DNA of 33,653 bases from an uncultured Prevotella sp. (lineage in GTDB: Bacteria > Bacteroidota > Bacteroidia > Bacteroidales > Bacteroidaceae), in the NCBI GenBank assembly GCA_946999025.1, contig CAMQBP010000001.1, positions 1 through 33,653 on the forward strand, written 5' to 3'. This document shows positions 19,701 through 28,800 of the stretch, piece after piece. Every line of letters starts with the position of its first letter. Positions within the stretch are counted from its first letter, which is position 1. A program made the position numbers and the translations under genes. Below the pieces are notes generated by a model. It ran no database searches. It was not told where the DNA came from and was given only the letters and a program-made list of their open reading frames with translations.

Positions 19701-19992
19701 CTTGATGACTTCGTTGGCTATGGTCATCGGTTTGTTACCCATGATGTTTGCCATGGGCGTGGGAAAGAATGGTAATCAAACGCTGGGTGCGGCCGCTGTA
19801 GGAGGTATGTTGATTGGTACGCTCTGTCAGTTGTTTGTCGTTCCTGGTTTGTTTGTCATCTTCCAGGCATTGCAGGAGAGATTCACACCGATTAAGTTTG
19901 ATGATGAAGAGAATTCTGAAGCAGAGGCTGAACTGCAGCAATACGCGCGTCGCCCGGTAGGAATCACAGTAGATGAGAATAATAAAGAATAG
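16783..19992 (+). CDS. RND efflux permease, HAE1 (AcrB-like)
   Basis: FIKRPV, LPIEQYPDIAPP, proton-relay motifs VDDAIVVVE, KNAILIV and RLRPILMT; 1069 aa. Confidence 0.95.
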   Translation: MTFTKFIKRPVLSTVISVVIVILGFIGLSTLPIEQYPDIAPPTISVWTSYIGADAETVKNSVLAPLEESINGVENMEYMTSRATNAGGAQITIYFRQGTNPDMCAVNVQNRVSQAQALLPAEVNRVGVTVSKRQTSQVLMYTLTSEGGKYDDRFLTNYNNINIIPAIKRVQGVGDVQSPGMKTYSMRIWLKPDVMKQYGLMPSDIAGALAEQNVEAAPGSFGEQSNMAYEYVMRYKGRLKTADEFGNIILHSTQTGQTLKLKDVAKIELGGLTYAVSMRNNNQPSSMGMVQQIAGSNANDIAKAVKAELENQAKNFPPGMEYKINYDVTEFLYASIAEVLKTLVITLLLVFLVVYIFLQDFRSTLIPMIAVPVSLIGTFFFLQIFGFSINLLTLSALLLAIAIVVDDAIVVVEAVHAKLDLGYKSALTASIDAMNEIAGAIISITLVMAAVFVPVSFIGGTSGTFYREFGVTMAVSIIISALNALTLSPALCAIFLKPKNEDGTERKMSRIDRFHASFNTSYEKVLGKYKNRLQKLVRKPVLTGIFIVVGAIALLLTMKTTKTGLVPDEDTGTLFCTVSMPPATSAVRTQQVIDQVDAMLASNPAIQSREQLQGYNFIAGQGSDQATFIIKLKPFSERNMGQSAMAVLGMIYKQTAQIKDAQILAFAPPMIPGFALSNGVSLVLQDKTGGDLNKFFQVTKAYLAELNKRPEIQMAMTSYNPNYPQYLIDVDVAKCKQAGISPATVLSTLQGYYGGMYASNFNAYGKLYRVMIQGDVSSRERPEGLNDIYVRTPGGMAPVQSFISMKRVFGPSNINRFNMFTSINVQVTLNSGYSTGEAIQAIKEVAATDLPQGYGYDFSGLSRSESESSNVTGIIFVLCFLFVYLILAAQYESYLLPFAVILSIPFGLAGAFLFTQLFGHNNDIYMQISLIMLIGLLAKNAILIVQFALERRRTGMAITWSAILGSGARLRPILMTSLAMVIGLLPMMFAMGVGKNGNQTLGAAAVGGMLIGTLCQLFVVPGLFVIFQALQERFTPIKFDDEENSEAEAELQQYARRPVGITVDENNKE

Positions 19993-19994
19993 TG

Positions 19995-21389
19995 ATGAAA
20001 ATACAAAATATAATGATTATGGGACTTGCAGCATTGGCGTTGACCAGCTGCAAGAGCCTCTATGGAACGTACCAACGCCCCAATGTGAACACCAAGGGCA
20101 TCGTTCGTGATTCGCTTTCGATGACAGATACGTTGGTTGTGACGGACACAACGAGCTTTGGTAACATGCCTTGGCGCAGTGTGTTTACTGACCCACAATT
20201 GCAAACGCACATAGAAAGGGCGTTGACCAACAATGTTGATCTTCTGAATGCTGCGCTGAACGTGAAGATGGCTGAAGCACAATTGAAGGCTGCCAGGTTG
20301 TCTTTTCTGCCTTCTTTCACCTTTGCTCCCCAGGGAACCATCGCTTCTTGGGATGGTGGAAAGGCCATTTCAACTTATCAATTGCCCATTGCTGCCAGTT
20401 GGAATGTTGACCTATTTGGCAATTTGCTCAGTCAGAAACGTGCCGCGCAGGTAGCATTATTGGCCACAAAGGACTATCAGACGTTGGTCAAAACCAATAT
20501 CATCAGCGGGGTAGCGAATATGTATTATACCCTTTTGATGCTCGACAAGCAGCTCGAAATCGTCAACAACATGCACGAATTGACCAAGGAAACGTGGGAC
20601 AAGATGAAGGTATTGAAGGATCTTGGACGCGGTATTCGGTCGACAGGTGTGCAGAGTGCCGAAGCAAACTACTATGCTGTGGAGGCCAAAAAGACCGATT
20701 TGGTGCGCCAAATACGTGAAACGGAGAACGCTTTGTCGCTCTTGATGGGACAACCGGCACAGAGTATTTCGCGCGGAAGGCTTGAGAATCAGGCTCTGCC
20801 CACGAACTTATCTACCGGCATCGGCATCCAGTTGCTGGCCAATCGTCCCGACGTTCATGCGGCTGAGATGCAATTAGCCGAATGTTTCTATGGCGTAGAA
20901 ACCGCTCGAAGCCGTTTTTATCCAAGTCTAACGATTGCTCCTACCGGCATGTTTACCAACAGTGCGGGAGCTGCAGTCATCAATCCTGGCAAATGGATGC
21001 TGTCGGCTGTAGGCAGTTTGGTGCAGCCTATTTTCCAAAAGGGAAAGATTATTGCGGGTCTACGCGTTGCTGAAGCGCAATATGAGAAGGCCTACAACAC
21101 GTGGCAGAACTGCATTTTCAAGGCTGGAAATGAAGTGAGTAACGCACTTGTGCTTTACCATTCGTCAGATGAAAAAAGCAAGATTGAGGCAAAACAAATA
21201 CAAACTCTGCAACAAAATGTGGAGGATACCAAGCTTCTTTTAAGTCAGTCGAGCAGTACATACCTTGAGGTAATTACAGCTCAGCAAACCCTTCTCAATG
21301 CGCAGATGGCTAAGATTACGGACGATTTTCACAAGATGCAGGCTGTTGTAAACCTCTATCAGGCCCTCGGCGGCGGTGTGAAAGAATAG
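19995..21389 (+). CDS. Outer membrane efflux lipoprotein (TolC/OprM family)
   Basis: Lipobox LTSC; W..F.DP.L, SWNVDLFG, LLANRPDV..AE, C-terminal LYQALGGG. Confidence 0.93.
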   Translation: MKIQNIMIMGLAALALTSCKSLYGTYQRPNVNTKGIVRDSLSMTDTLVVTDTTSFGNMPWRSVFTDPQLQTHIERALTNNVDLLNAALNVKMAEAQLKAARLSFLPSFTFAPQGTIASWDGGKAISTYQLPIAASWNVDLFGNLLSQKRAAQVALLATKDYQTLVKTNIISGVANMYYTLLMLDKQLEIVNNMHELTKETWDKMKVLKDLGRGIRSTGVQSAEANYYAVEAKKTDLVRQIRETENALSLLMGQPAQSISRGRLENQALPTNLSTGIGIQLLANRPDVHAAEMQLAECFYGVETARSRFYPSLTIAPTGMFTNSAGAAVINPGKWMLSAVGSLVQPIFQKGKIIAGLRVAEAQYEKAYNTWQNCIFKAGNEVSNALVLYHSSDEKSKIEAKQIQTLQQNVEDTKLLLSQSSSTYLEVITAQQTLLNAQMAKITDDFHKMQAVVNLYQALGGGVKE

Positions 21390-21515
21390 GGTAGGATGGT
21401 TGATAAGTCGACAAGGTAAGGCCCATTAGGTAAATTAGACAGGACACATAAAGCCCAACTCGCATGATGTATCAACTCATCTGCTAAAAAACGAAAAACT
21501 AAAAAACGAAGAATT

Positions 21516-22298
21516 ATGGCATACGATATCAGTGAGAAAGCGGAAATATCACCCAAAGCGAAGATTGGAAACAATTGTAAAATCTACCCATTTGTCTATA
21601 TCGAAGAAGATGTTGTGATAGGAGACAACTGTGTGATTTATCCCTTTGTCAGCATTTTGAAGGGAACTCGCCTGGGATGCAACAACACCGTGCATCAATG
21701 TTCGGTGATGGGAGCCCTTCCACAGGACTTTGAATTCAAGGGAGAAGACACCGAATTGATTATCGGCAACAACAACATCATTCGTGAGAATGTTGTCATC
21801 AATCGGGCAACCCATGCGGGAGGACAGACCGTAATCGGCCATGAAAACTTCTTAATGGAAGGAGCTCATATCTCACATGATACCAAAGTGGGTAATCAAT
21901 GTGTGTTTGGATATGGAACAAAGATTGCCGGTGATTGTGAAATTGGCAATGGAGCGATTTTCAGTTCGAGTGTTATTGAGAATGCGAACACGCGCGTTGG
22001 CGATTACGCCATGATACAAGCTGGTACCACTTTCTATAAAGACGTGCCGCCATACATTATTGCCGGAGGTGTGCCGGTAAGCTATGGAGGTCCCAACAAG
22101 ACCATGTTGGAAACGTATGGCATCACAGAAAAGGTTCAGAGTCACATAGCCAATGCTTACCGCCTGATATTCCATGGCCAAACAAGTGTGTTCGATGCGG
22201 TGCTGCAAGTAAAGGAACAAGTTCCCGGCGGTCCTGAAATTGAAAACATCATACGGTTCATTCAGGCGACAAAAGCAGGAATCATCGGTAAACTTTAG
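21516..22298 (+). CDS. LpxA-like left-handed beta-helix acyltransferase (divergent paralogue)
   Basis: Hexapeptide repeats, G..PQD, IRENV.I.RAT, AHISHD, DVPPY and a C-terminal helical domain; several LpxA substrate residues are replaced. Confidence 0.8.
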   Translation: MAYDISEKAEISPKAKIGNNCKIYPFVYIEEDVVIGDNCVIYPFVSILKGTRLGCNNTVHQCSVMGALPQDFEFKGEDTELIIGNNNIIRENVVINRATHAGGQTVIGHENFLMEGAHISHDTKVGNQCVFGYGTKIAGDCEIGNGAIFSSSVIENANTRVGDYAMIQAGTTFYKDVPPYIIAGGVPVSYGGPNKTMLETYGITEKVQSHIANAYRLIFHGQTSVFDAVLQVKEQVPGGPEIENIIRFIQATKAGIIGKL

Positions 22299-22327
22299 TT
22301 CACATCGAACACATTTATATAAAGCAT

Positions 22328-22364
22328 AGGATAGGTTGGCACAAAAGCTTTCCTATCCTTTTTT
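22328..22364 (+). terminator. Probable intrinsic terminator between the convergent lpxA-like and pdxT genes
   Basis: AGGATAGG (22328-22335)/CCTATCCT (22352-22359) followed by a T run; overlaps the pdxT stop codon. Confidence 0.55.
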
Positions 22365-22925
22365 AATGCTGTCAACAAAGTACTTGTGTATGCTTACGTC
22401 CTCATCCAGCTCGGGATGGAAGGCTGTGACCAGCTGATGACCTTGCCGAGCGGCTACAATGTGGCCGTTTACCGTTGCCAACGCCTCGGCCTCGCCATAT
22501 ACTTGATTGATATAAGGGGCACGGATGAAGGTCATGGGGATGTCGTTTTCAATGCCTTTGAATGATGATACGGTACGAAAACTGCCCAACTGTCTGCCAT
22601 AAGCGTTGCGGCAAACGTCAATATCCATCGTGGAAATGCGTGAAGCCGCTTGCCCATTCTCTTGTTTTGCCAGCAAAATAAGTCCTGCGCAAGTGCCAAA
22701 TACCGGCAATCCCTCACGGATTTCGCGCTGTATGGATGTCAGTAAATCGAGGTCATGCAGCAATTTCACCATCGTGGTGCTCTCTCCGCCGGGAATAATC
22801 AGACCGTCTTTCGGCTGCTGCCAGTCGTCTTTGTTTCTCACTTCAAACGTTTCTACGCCCAAAGAACGGAGCATTCGTTCGTGTTCGACGAATGCTCCTT
22901 GTAACGCCAATATAGCTATTTTCAT
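22353..22925 (-). CDS. pdxT: Pyridoxal 5'-phosphate synthase glutaminase subunit
   Basis: LALQGAF.EH, PGGESTT, FGTCAGLI, RNAYGRQ, FIRAP, FHPE. Confidence 0.96.
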   Translation of the reverse strand: MKIAILALQGAFVEHERMLRSLGVETFEVRNKDDWQQPKDGLIIPGGESTTMVKLLHDLDLLTSIQREIREGLPVFGTCAGLILLAKQENGQAASRISTMDIDVCRNAYGRQLGSFRTVSSFKGIENDIPMTFIRAPYINQVYGEAEALATVNGHIVAARQGHQLVTAFHPELDEDVSIHKYFVDSIKKG

Positions 22926-22929
22926 CTGT

Positions 22930-23808
22930 TTACTTTCCTCTTTCTGCCATCAGCACTTCAATCTCGTGTTCGTTGATGCCCACCATGGCTTCACCAAGGT
23001 CTTCTGACAGCTCGGCCAACCGCTTCGCATCGTTGTAGTTGGTCACTGCCTGAACGATGGCAGCTGCGCGCTTGGCAGGATTACCCGATTTGAATATGCC
23101 AGAACCCACGAACACTCCTTCAGCTCCGAGTTGCATCATCAGGGCTGCATCGGCAGGAGTTGCCACACCACCGGCGGCAAAGTTCACCACAGGCAGCTTG
23201 CCGTTTTCGTGTACATACTGCACCAATTCGTAGGGAACCTGCAATTGTTTGGCGGCCTCGTACAGCTCATCTTCAGCCATAGAGGTAAGTCTTCTGATTT
23301 CAGCCTGCATCATGCGCATGTGCGTCACAGCCTGAACCACGTCGCCCGTACCTGGTTCTCCCTTGGTTCTAATCATGGTAGCACCCTCAGCGATGCGTCT
23401 GAGCGCCTCACCAAGGTTCTTTGCACCGCAGACAAAAGGTACTTCAAACTTGGTCTTGTCAATGTGATAGACATTGTCTGCGGGCGAGAGTACCTCGCTC
23501 TCATCGATGTAATCAATCTCAATGGCCTGCAAAATCTGAGCTTCAACGAAGTGTCCGATGCGGCATTTGGCCATCACCGGTATGCTTACGGCCTTCTGAA
23601 TGCCCTTGATCATGTGTGGGTCGCTCATGCGCGAAACGCCTCCTGCCGCGCGAATGTCGGCCGGTATGCGCTCGAGAGCCATCACCGCACAGGCTCCGGC
23701 TTGTTCTGCGATACGTGCTTGCTCGGGTGTTGTAACGTCCATGATGACGCCTCCCTTGAGCATTTGTGCTAAATTACGATTCAGTGTTTGTCTTTCAGTT
23801 GTTTTCAT
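22930..23808 (-). CDS. pdxS: Pyridoxal 5'-phosphate synthase lyase subunit
   Basis: [53 protein letters not shown]. Confidence 0.97.
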   Translation of the reverse strand: MKTTERQTLNRNLAQMLKGGVIMDVTTPEQARIAEQAGACAVMALERIPADIRAAGGVSRMSDPHMIKGIQKAVSIPVMAKCRIGHFVEAQILQAIEIDYIDESEVLSPADNVYHIDKTKFEVPFVCGAKNLGEALRRIAEGATMIRTKGEPGTGDVVQAVTHMRMMQAEIRRLTSMAEDELYEAAKQLQVPYELVQYVHENGKLPVVNFAAGGVATPADAALMMQLGAEGVFVGSGIFKSGNPAKRAAAIVQAVTNYNDAKRLAELSEDLGEAMVGINEHEIEVLMAERGK

Positions 23809-24878
23809 TTTATTTGTTTTTGTCGGTAAATACTTGGTGTTGAGTTTCCCATCTTCTTGAAAAACTTCGTGAAATGCGACTGTGAGTTGAACCCCAGCGC
23901 GTACGCTATCTCTTGAACGGTCTTGCTGGTGGTGTCCAACAAGAACTTGCTTTCGTGAAAAACGTGTTCGTCAATGAGGGTCTTCGGCGTTTTCTGCACG
24001 ATGCGTTTGGTCACCTGTCCCAGGTAACGGGGACTCACATTCAGCATGTCGGCATAGAACCGCACATCATTGTTGGTGGCATAATGTGTCGATACGGCTT
24101 TCATGAACGCGTTGAGCAGCTCGCTTCCCCGTCCTTTCAGTTCACCCATCTCACTCATCTGCTGATGAATGTAAGCGTTGCCTCTACTGATGGCCTCTCT
24201 GAAATCATCTGTTTCGCCCAGAAAATAGGCGATGGCCGAGGTCAGGTTGCTGCCCAATCCGTGTGCGTTGGTTTGCCAAAGGGTGGGCGAGGGCTCCACA
24301 TGCATGTCGCCATCTTGCTGCCATGCGATGAAATCGTGGTCATCGCCGCTGTGCAACAACACGGCCCGGCACCCCATGTTCAACAGCTTTCTCATGCCGT
24401 TGACGATGTCGTCGTGAGTCTTGAACGGGCTGTTCAGCAAGTAGGCTGCGTCGTTTTGCTTTAAGATAACCAGCGAGCACAGCGGCAGCAGCTTGGTCTT
24501 GACGCTGTCAATCATCTCTGTTGGCATCAGCAGGTCGCCCTGGCTCGACGTCACTACCGGGTCGTAGATGAGTTTCAATGGTTGGCGTTTCGCCAAAATG
24601 CTCACCATGTTATCCAGAGTCTTCACGTTGCGAACCATACCAACCTTCACCACCGAGGGCTTGATGTCATCGACAAGTGCTTCCACCTGCTCTGCCACAA
24701 CATCGGCCGGGATGTCGTAAAAGCGCTGGATACCAAGCGTGTTCTGCATGGTGATTGACGTGATGACCGACACGGCATATCCGCCCAAGGACGTGATGAC
24801 CTTGATGTCGGCCTGGATTCCGGCTCCCCCAGAACCGTCAGAACCAGTGATTGTCAATATCGTGTTGCGCTGTTTCAT
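23805..24878 (-). CDS. ThiD/PdxK-like kinase-fold domain fused to a C-terminal AraC helix-turn-helix domain
   Basis: [28 protein letters not shown]; then [12 protein letters not shown] and [25 protein letters not shown] 24878; ATGA overlap with pdxS. Confidence 0.88.
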   Translation of the reverse strand: MKQRNTILTITGSDGSGGAGIQADIKVITSLGGYAVSVITSITMQNTLGIQRFYDIPADVVAEQVEALVDDIKPSVVKVGMVRNVKTLDNMVSILAKRQPLKLIYDPVVTSSQGDLLMPTEMIDSVKTKLLPLCSLVILKQNDAAYLLNSPFKTHDDIVNGMRKLLNMGCRAVLLHSGDDHDFIAWQQDGDMHVEPSPTLWQTNAHGLGSNLTSAIAYFLGETDDFREAISRGNAYIHQQMSEMGELKGRGSELLNAFMKAVSTHYATNNDVRFYADMLNVSPRYLGQVTKRIVQKTPKTLIDEHVFHESKFLLDTTSKTVQEIAYALGFNSQSHFTKFFKKMGNSTPSIYRQKQIK

Positions 24879-24956
24879 GCTACGTCGGCCCCTGATGGTG
24901 TGGCACCATGCGCGCCGATTGTCAGATACAAAGGAAAACAAAAAAAGCGAGTTGTA

Positions 24957-24964
24957 CAAATATA
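24957..24964 (-). promoter_or_regulatory. -7 promoter element for the kinase-AraC/pdxS/pdxT operon
   Basis: Minus strand TATATTTG about 80 nt upstream of ATG 24878. Confidence 0.55.
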
Positions 24965-24969
24965 GTTCT

Positions 24970-25430
24970 CATTATGACAATGAAAAGGTTGTTTTGTGCA
25001 AGTCGTGGCCCTGCAGGCAAGGTGAAATTTTCTTGACAAAGCCTTCTTCATAACTCGCGTATTCGCAGCCTCACGCCCCTTTGCTCGCAAATACGGCCAG
25101 GATTTCGCATGTTTGTAAGGCATTTGTGTTCAGTGTGTTGTCGCATTTTGTCAAGGCTTCTTACTTTCTATAGCTATGCTTTTTCCTTCCAATAGTATAG
25201 CTTTTGCTCCTCAAACCCTTTGCTTTAATCACTCAATGACATGGCAATTGGCGACCAAAAGTGCATAAAAGAGTGGAAATAGCATGGAGATTGGCCGTAA
25301 AAGGGCATGAACAACCCGTCAAAACTCTCGTCACTGCATCTGAATTTCCCTTTCCTTCTTCTGGAAGGAGCGTGCTTGAAGTGTTAAAAAACGGTTGGTT
25401 TTCTTGACAAAATCAGGTTTTTGAAAATTA
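24970..25430 (+). repeat. Dispersed composite intergenic element, copy B
   Basis: AATTTTCTTGACAA (25026-25039), CGTATT-N26-AATACG (25058-25095), GCAAATACGGCCAG (25087-25100), TTTGTAAG (25112-25119), 22-bp units at 25169-25299. Boundaries approximate. Confidence 0.75.
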
Positions 25431-25752
25431 TAAGTCAGCTGGGTCTGGTCGTTTTGTGGATAATCATTAGTTTGGGTTGTGATGTTTTTCAAGTACATGA
25501 TGTGCAGTTTTGTTTTTTTAAATAACAAAGCTATTTTTCGTGTTGAAAATGCTTTACCTGGTTCAGCAGAATGAAAGATATGTTGCATCTTAGGAAGCAA
25601 TTTGTGCGCAGTTGGGCTTACATCCCGATTGAGGCAAACAATAGCAATTGATTTTTACCGATAAATAGTGAATAAAGAAGCTTTAATTGTAAAAGAAAGT
25701 TAAAAACAGTGTTATACTTTTAATACAACTTGCGTTTATAGTTTTTTTAACT

Positions 25753-25769
25753 TATATTTGTCAAATATA
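25753..25769 (+). promoter_or_regulatory. -7 promoter element for the SusC locus, embedded in a perfect inverted repeat
   Basis: TATATTTG-T-CAAATATA, about 140 nt upstream of ATG 25898 in an AT-rich leader. Confidence 0.55.
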
Positions 25770-25897
25770 TTTAGGCAGATTAAAATTTCGTTTGTTGTTA
25801 TTTATGATGTTTTTACTTTTAATTTATAATTCTTGGTATGGGATAGAATAAAATATTCAATAATGGTTAAACTGGGAGTAAACTTAACTTGAAAAAT

Positions 25898-28800
25898 ATG
25901 AAACAAAAATTAACGATTTTGCTTGTGAATTTGTTTCTCTGTATGGGAGTGGCAAATGCTCAGACGCTGATTAATGGTACGGTCACCTCTGCGGATGATG
26001 GCCAACCAGTGATTGGAGCATCTGTTATGATTGTCGGAACAAAGACGGGCGTGGTAACTAACGTAGAAGGTAAGTTTTCGCTTACATCTACCAAGAAAAA
26101 TCCTATGATTACGGTGACGTACATAGGAATGAAAACGCAGACCCTGCGCGGTACGCAAAACATGAAGATTGTGTTGCAGTCGGATGCGCAGAAAGTAGAG
26201 GAAGTAGTGGTGACTGGTATGCAGAAGATTGACAAACGCCTCTTTACCGGTGCCTCCACCAAACTGAATGCCGAGGATGCGAAGATAGACGGCATGGCCG
26301 ATATCAGCCGATCGTTAGAGGGTCGCGCGGCAGGTGTCTCCGTACAAAACGTGACGGGAACCTTCGGTACCGCGCCCAAGATTCGTGTACGTGGTGCCAC
26401 CTCTATATATGGTAGCAGCAAACCACTGTGGGTGGTTGATGGTGTCATTATGGAGGATGTAGAGAATGTCAGTGCTGACCAGCTCTCCTCGGGTGATGCC
26501 AATACGCTGATTTCTTCGGCCATCGCCGGACTGAACGCCGATGACATCGAGAGTTTCCAAATCTTGAAAGACGGTTCGGCCACCTCTATTTATGGTGCAC
26601 GCGCCATGGCTGGCGTGATTGTCGTTACCACCAAGAAAGGAAAAGCAGGGCAGGCACACATTAATTATAGTGGCGAGTACACCATGAGGCTGGTACCTTC
26701 GTATGCCGAGTTCAACATCATGAACTCGCAGGATCAGATGGCCGTGTACCAGGAGTTGTTCCTCAAGGGATATCTTCCTTATGCAGGAACTTCCAACGCC
26801 TCTGACTCGGGTGTCTATGGAAAAATGTACCAGATGCTGAGCCAGTATGACGTGCGGACAGGGCAGTTTGCTTTGGAGAACACTCCGAAAGCCATTGCCG
26901 AATATCTTCGTGAGGCAGAGTATCGCAACACCGACTGGTTTGCCCAGCTGTTCTCAACCAATATCATGCACAACCATTCGGTCAGCATTTCTTCGGGAAC
27001 GGACAAATCGCAGACGTATGCCTCGGTGAGTGCCATGTTTGACCCGGGCTGGACAGAGCAGAGCAAGGTGCAACGTTACACGGCTAATGTCAATTCGTCG
27101 TTCGACATTTTGAGAAAGGTGAACTTCAGTTTGATAGCCAATGCCTCCTACCGTAAACAGCGCGCACCGGGTACCCTCAGTTCGTCGGTGGATGCTGTAT
27201 CGGGTGAGGTGAAGCGCGACTTCGATATCAACCCTTACTCTTACGCACTGAACACCTCGCGCGCCTTAGATGCAAATACATTCTATACCCGCAATTATGC
27301 GCCGTTCAACATCATGCATGAGTTGGAGAACAATTATCTGGATCTTAATGTCATCAACTTCCGTGTTCAAGGCCGTTTGACCTATAAGCCCATCACACCT
27401 GTTGAACTCACAGTGCTGGGAGCGGTGAAGTACGATGCGACCTCAAACGAGCACAACATACTTGATGCCTCGAACCAAGCCATGGCTTACCGGGCAATGG
27501 GTACGTCGACCATCCGTGACAAGAATCCGTTCTTGTACAGAGATCCCGAGAACCTTACGGCCCTGCCTGTGACGGTTATGCCTTATGGCGGTATCATGGA
27601 ACGCACCGACAACCGTATGTTTGGATTCGACTTCCGTGCCACCGCGGCCTACAACAATGTCTTTGCTGAGGATCACATCGTGAACCTGTATGGGGGATTG
27701 GAAACCAATAGCTATGACCGCCACAAGACATGGTTCCGCGGATGGGGCATGCAGTACCAAATGGGTGAAATCCCAAACTATGCCTATCAGGTATTCAAGA
27801 AGAGCAAGGAAGAGGGCGCCGACTACTATTCGCTGCGTAACACGCATGTGCGCAGTGCCGCTTTCTTTGCAAACGCCACCTATTCATGGAAAGGACGCTA
27901 TACGCTGAATGGAACCTATCGATACGAAGGTACCAACGGACTGGGTATGTCAAGACAGGCACGATGGCTCCCAACATGGAATATCTCTGGGGCTTGGAAC
28001 GCACACGAAGAACCTTGGTTTGAGAAACTTAGGCCGGCATTAAGCCACCTCACTTTGAAAGCATCTTATTCACTGACGGCAGACCGCCCCTCGGTAACCA
28101 ATGCACAGGCCGTCATCGGCAGCTTCACGCCGTGGAGATACATCACCAGGGACAGCGAGTCGGGGCTATATATAGACGATGCGGCCAACCCCAATCTAAC
28201 TTATGAGAAGAAAAAGGAATGGAACTTTGGCTTGGAGGCAGGCTTCTTGTCAAACCGAATCAATTTTGCAGTCGACGTGTATTCGCGTGACAATTACGAC
28301 TTGATTGGGCTTGCCACTACGGCAGGTACCGATGGCTTTGTACGTAAATATGGAAATATCGCCTCGATGGAATCAAATGGTCTGGAGATAAGCTTGAGCA
28401 CCACGAACATCAAGACGAAAAACTTCTCGTGGACAACCAGTCTCATCTACTCATACGTGCATAACGAGGTGACAGATTTGGAAACCTCTACACGTGTCAT
28501 CGACCTGGTGAGTGGAGGCGGATTTGCACGCGAGGGCTATCCCGTTAGGGCTCTGTTCTCTGTTCCATTTGCAGGATTGAATGGCGAGGGACTTCCCACG
28601 TTCACCAATTGGGATGGTACAACCACTGTGTCGGGCATCTATTTCCAGAATAGTAAGAAAGAGCAGCTTGATTTCTTGAAATATGAAGGACCTACAGATC
28701 CCACTACCACTGGCTCGTTGGGAAACATATTCCGATATAAGGGACTGAGCATGAATGTATTCATTACCTATTCCTTTGGAAACGTGGTAAGGCTGGATCC

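Noticed and set aside
21484..21511. Tandem CTAAAAAACGAA duplication before the lpxA-like gene
   Set aside because: Low-complexity A-rich translation-initiation region typical of Bacteroidota.
24879..25130. TPP riboswitch upstream of the ThiD-like gene
   Set aside because: No CUGAGA or matching TPP aptamer core on the minus strand; the region is explained by the promoter and element copy B.
25697..25753. Invertible (phase-variable) promoter upstream of susC
   Set aside because: The 10-bp IR is AT-rich, does not enclose the -7 box, and no recombinase gene is in the window.
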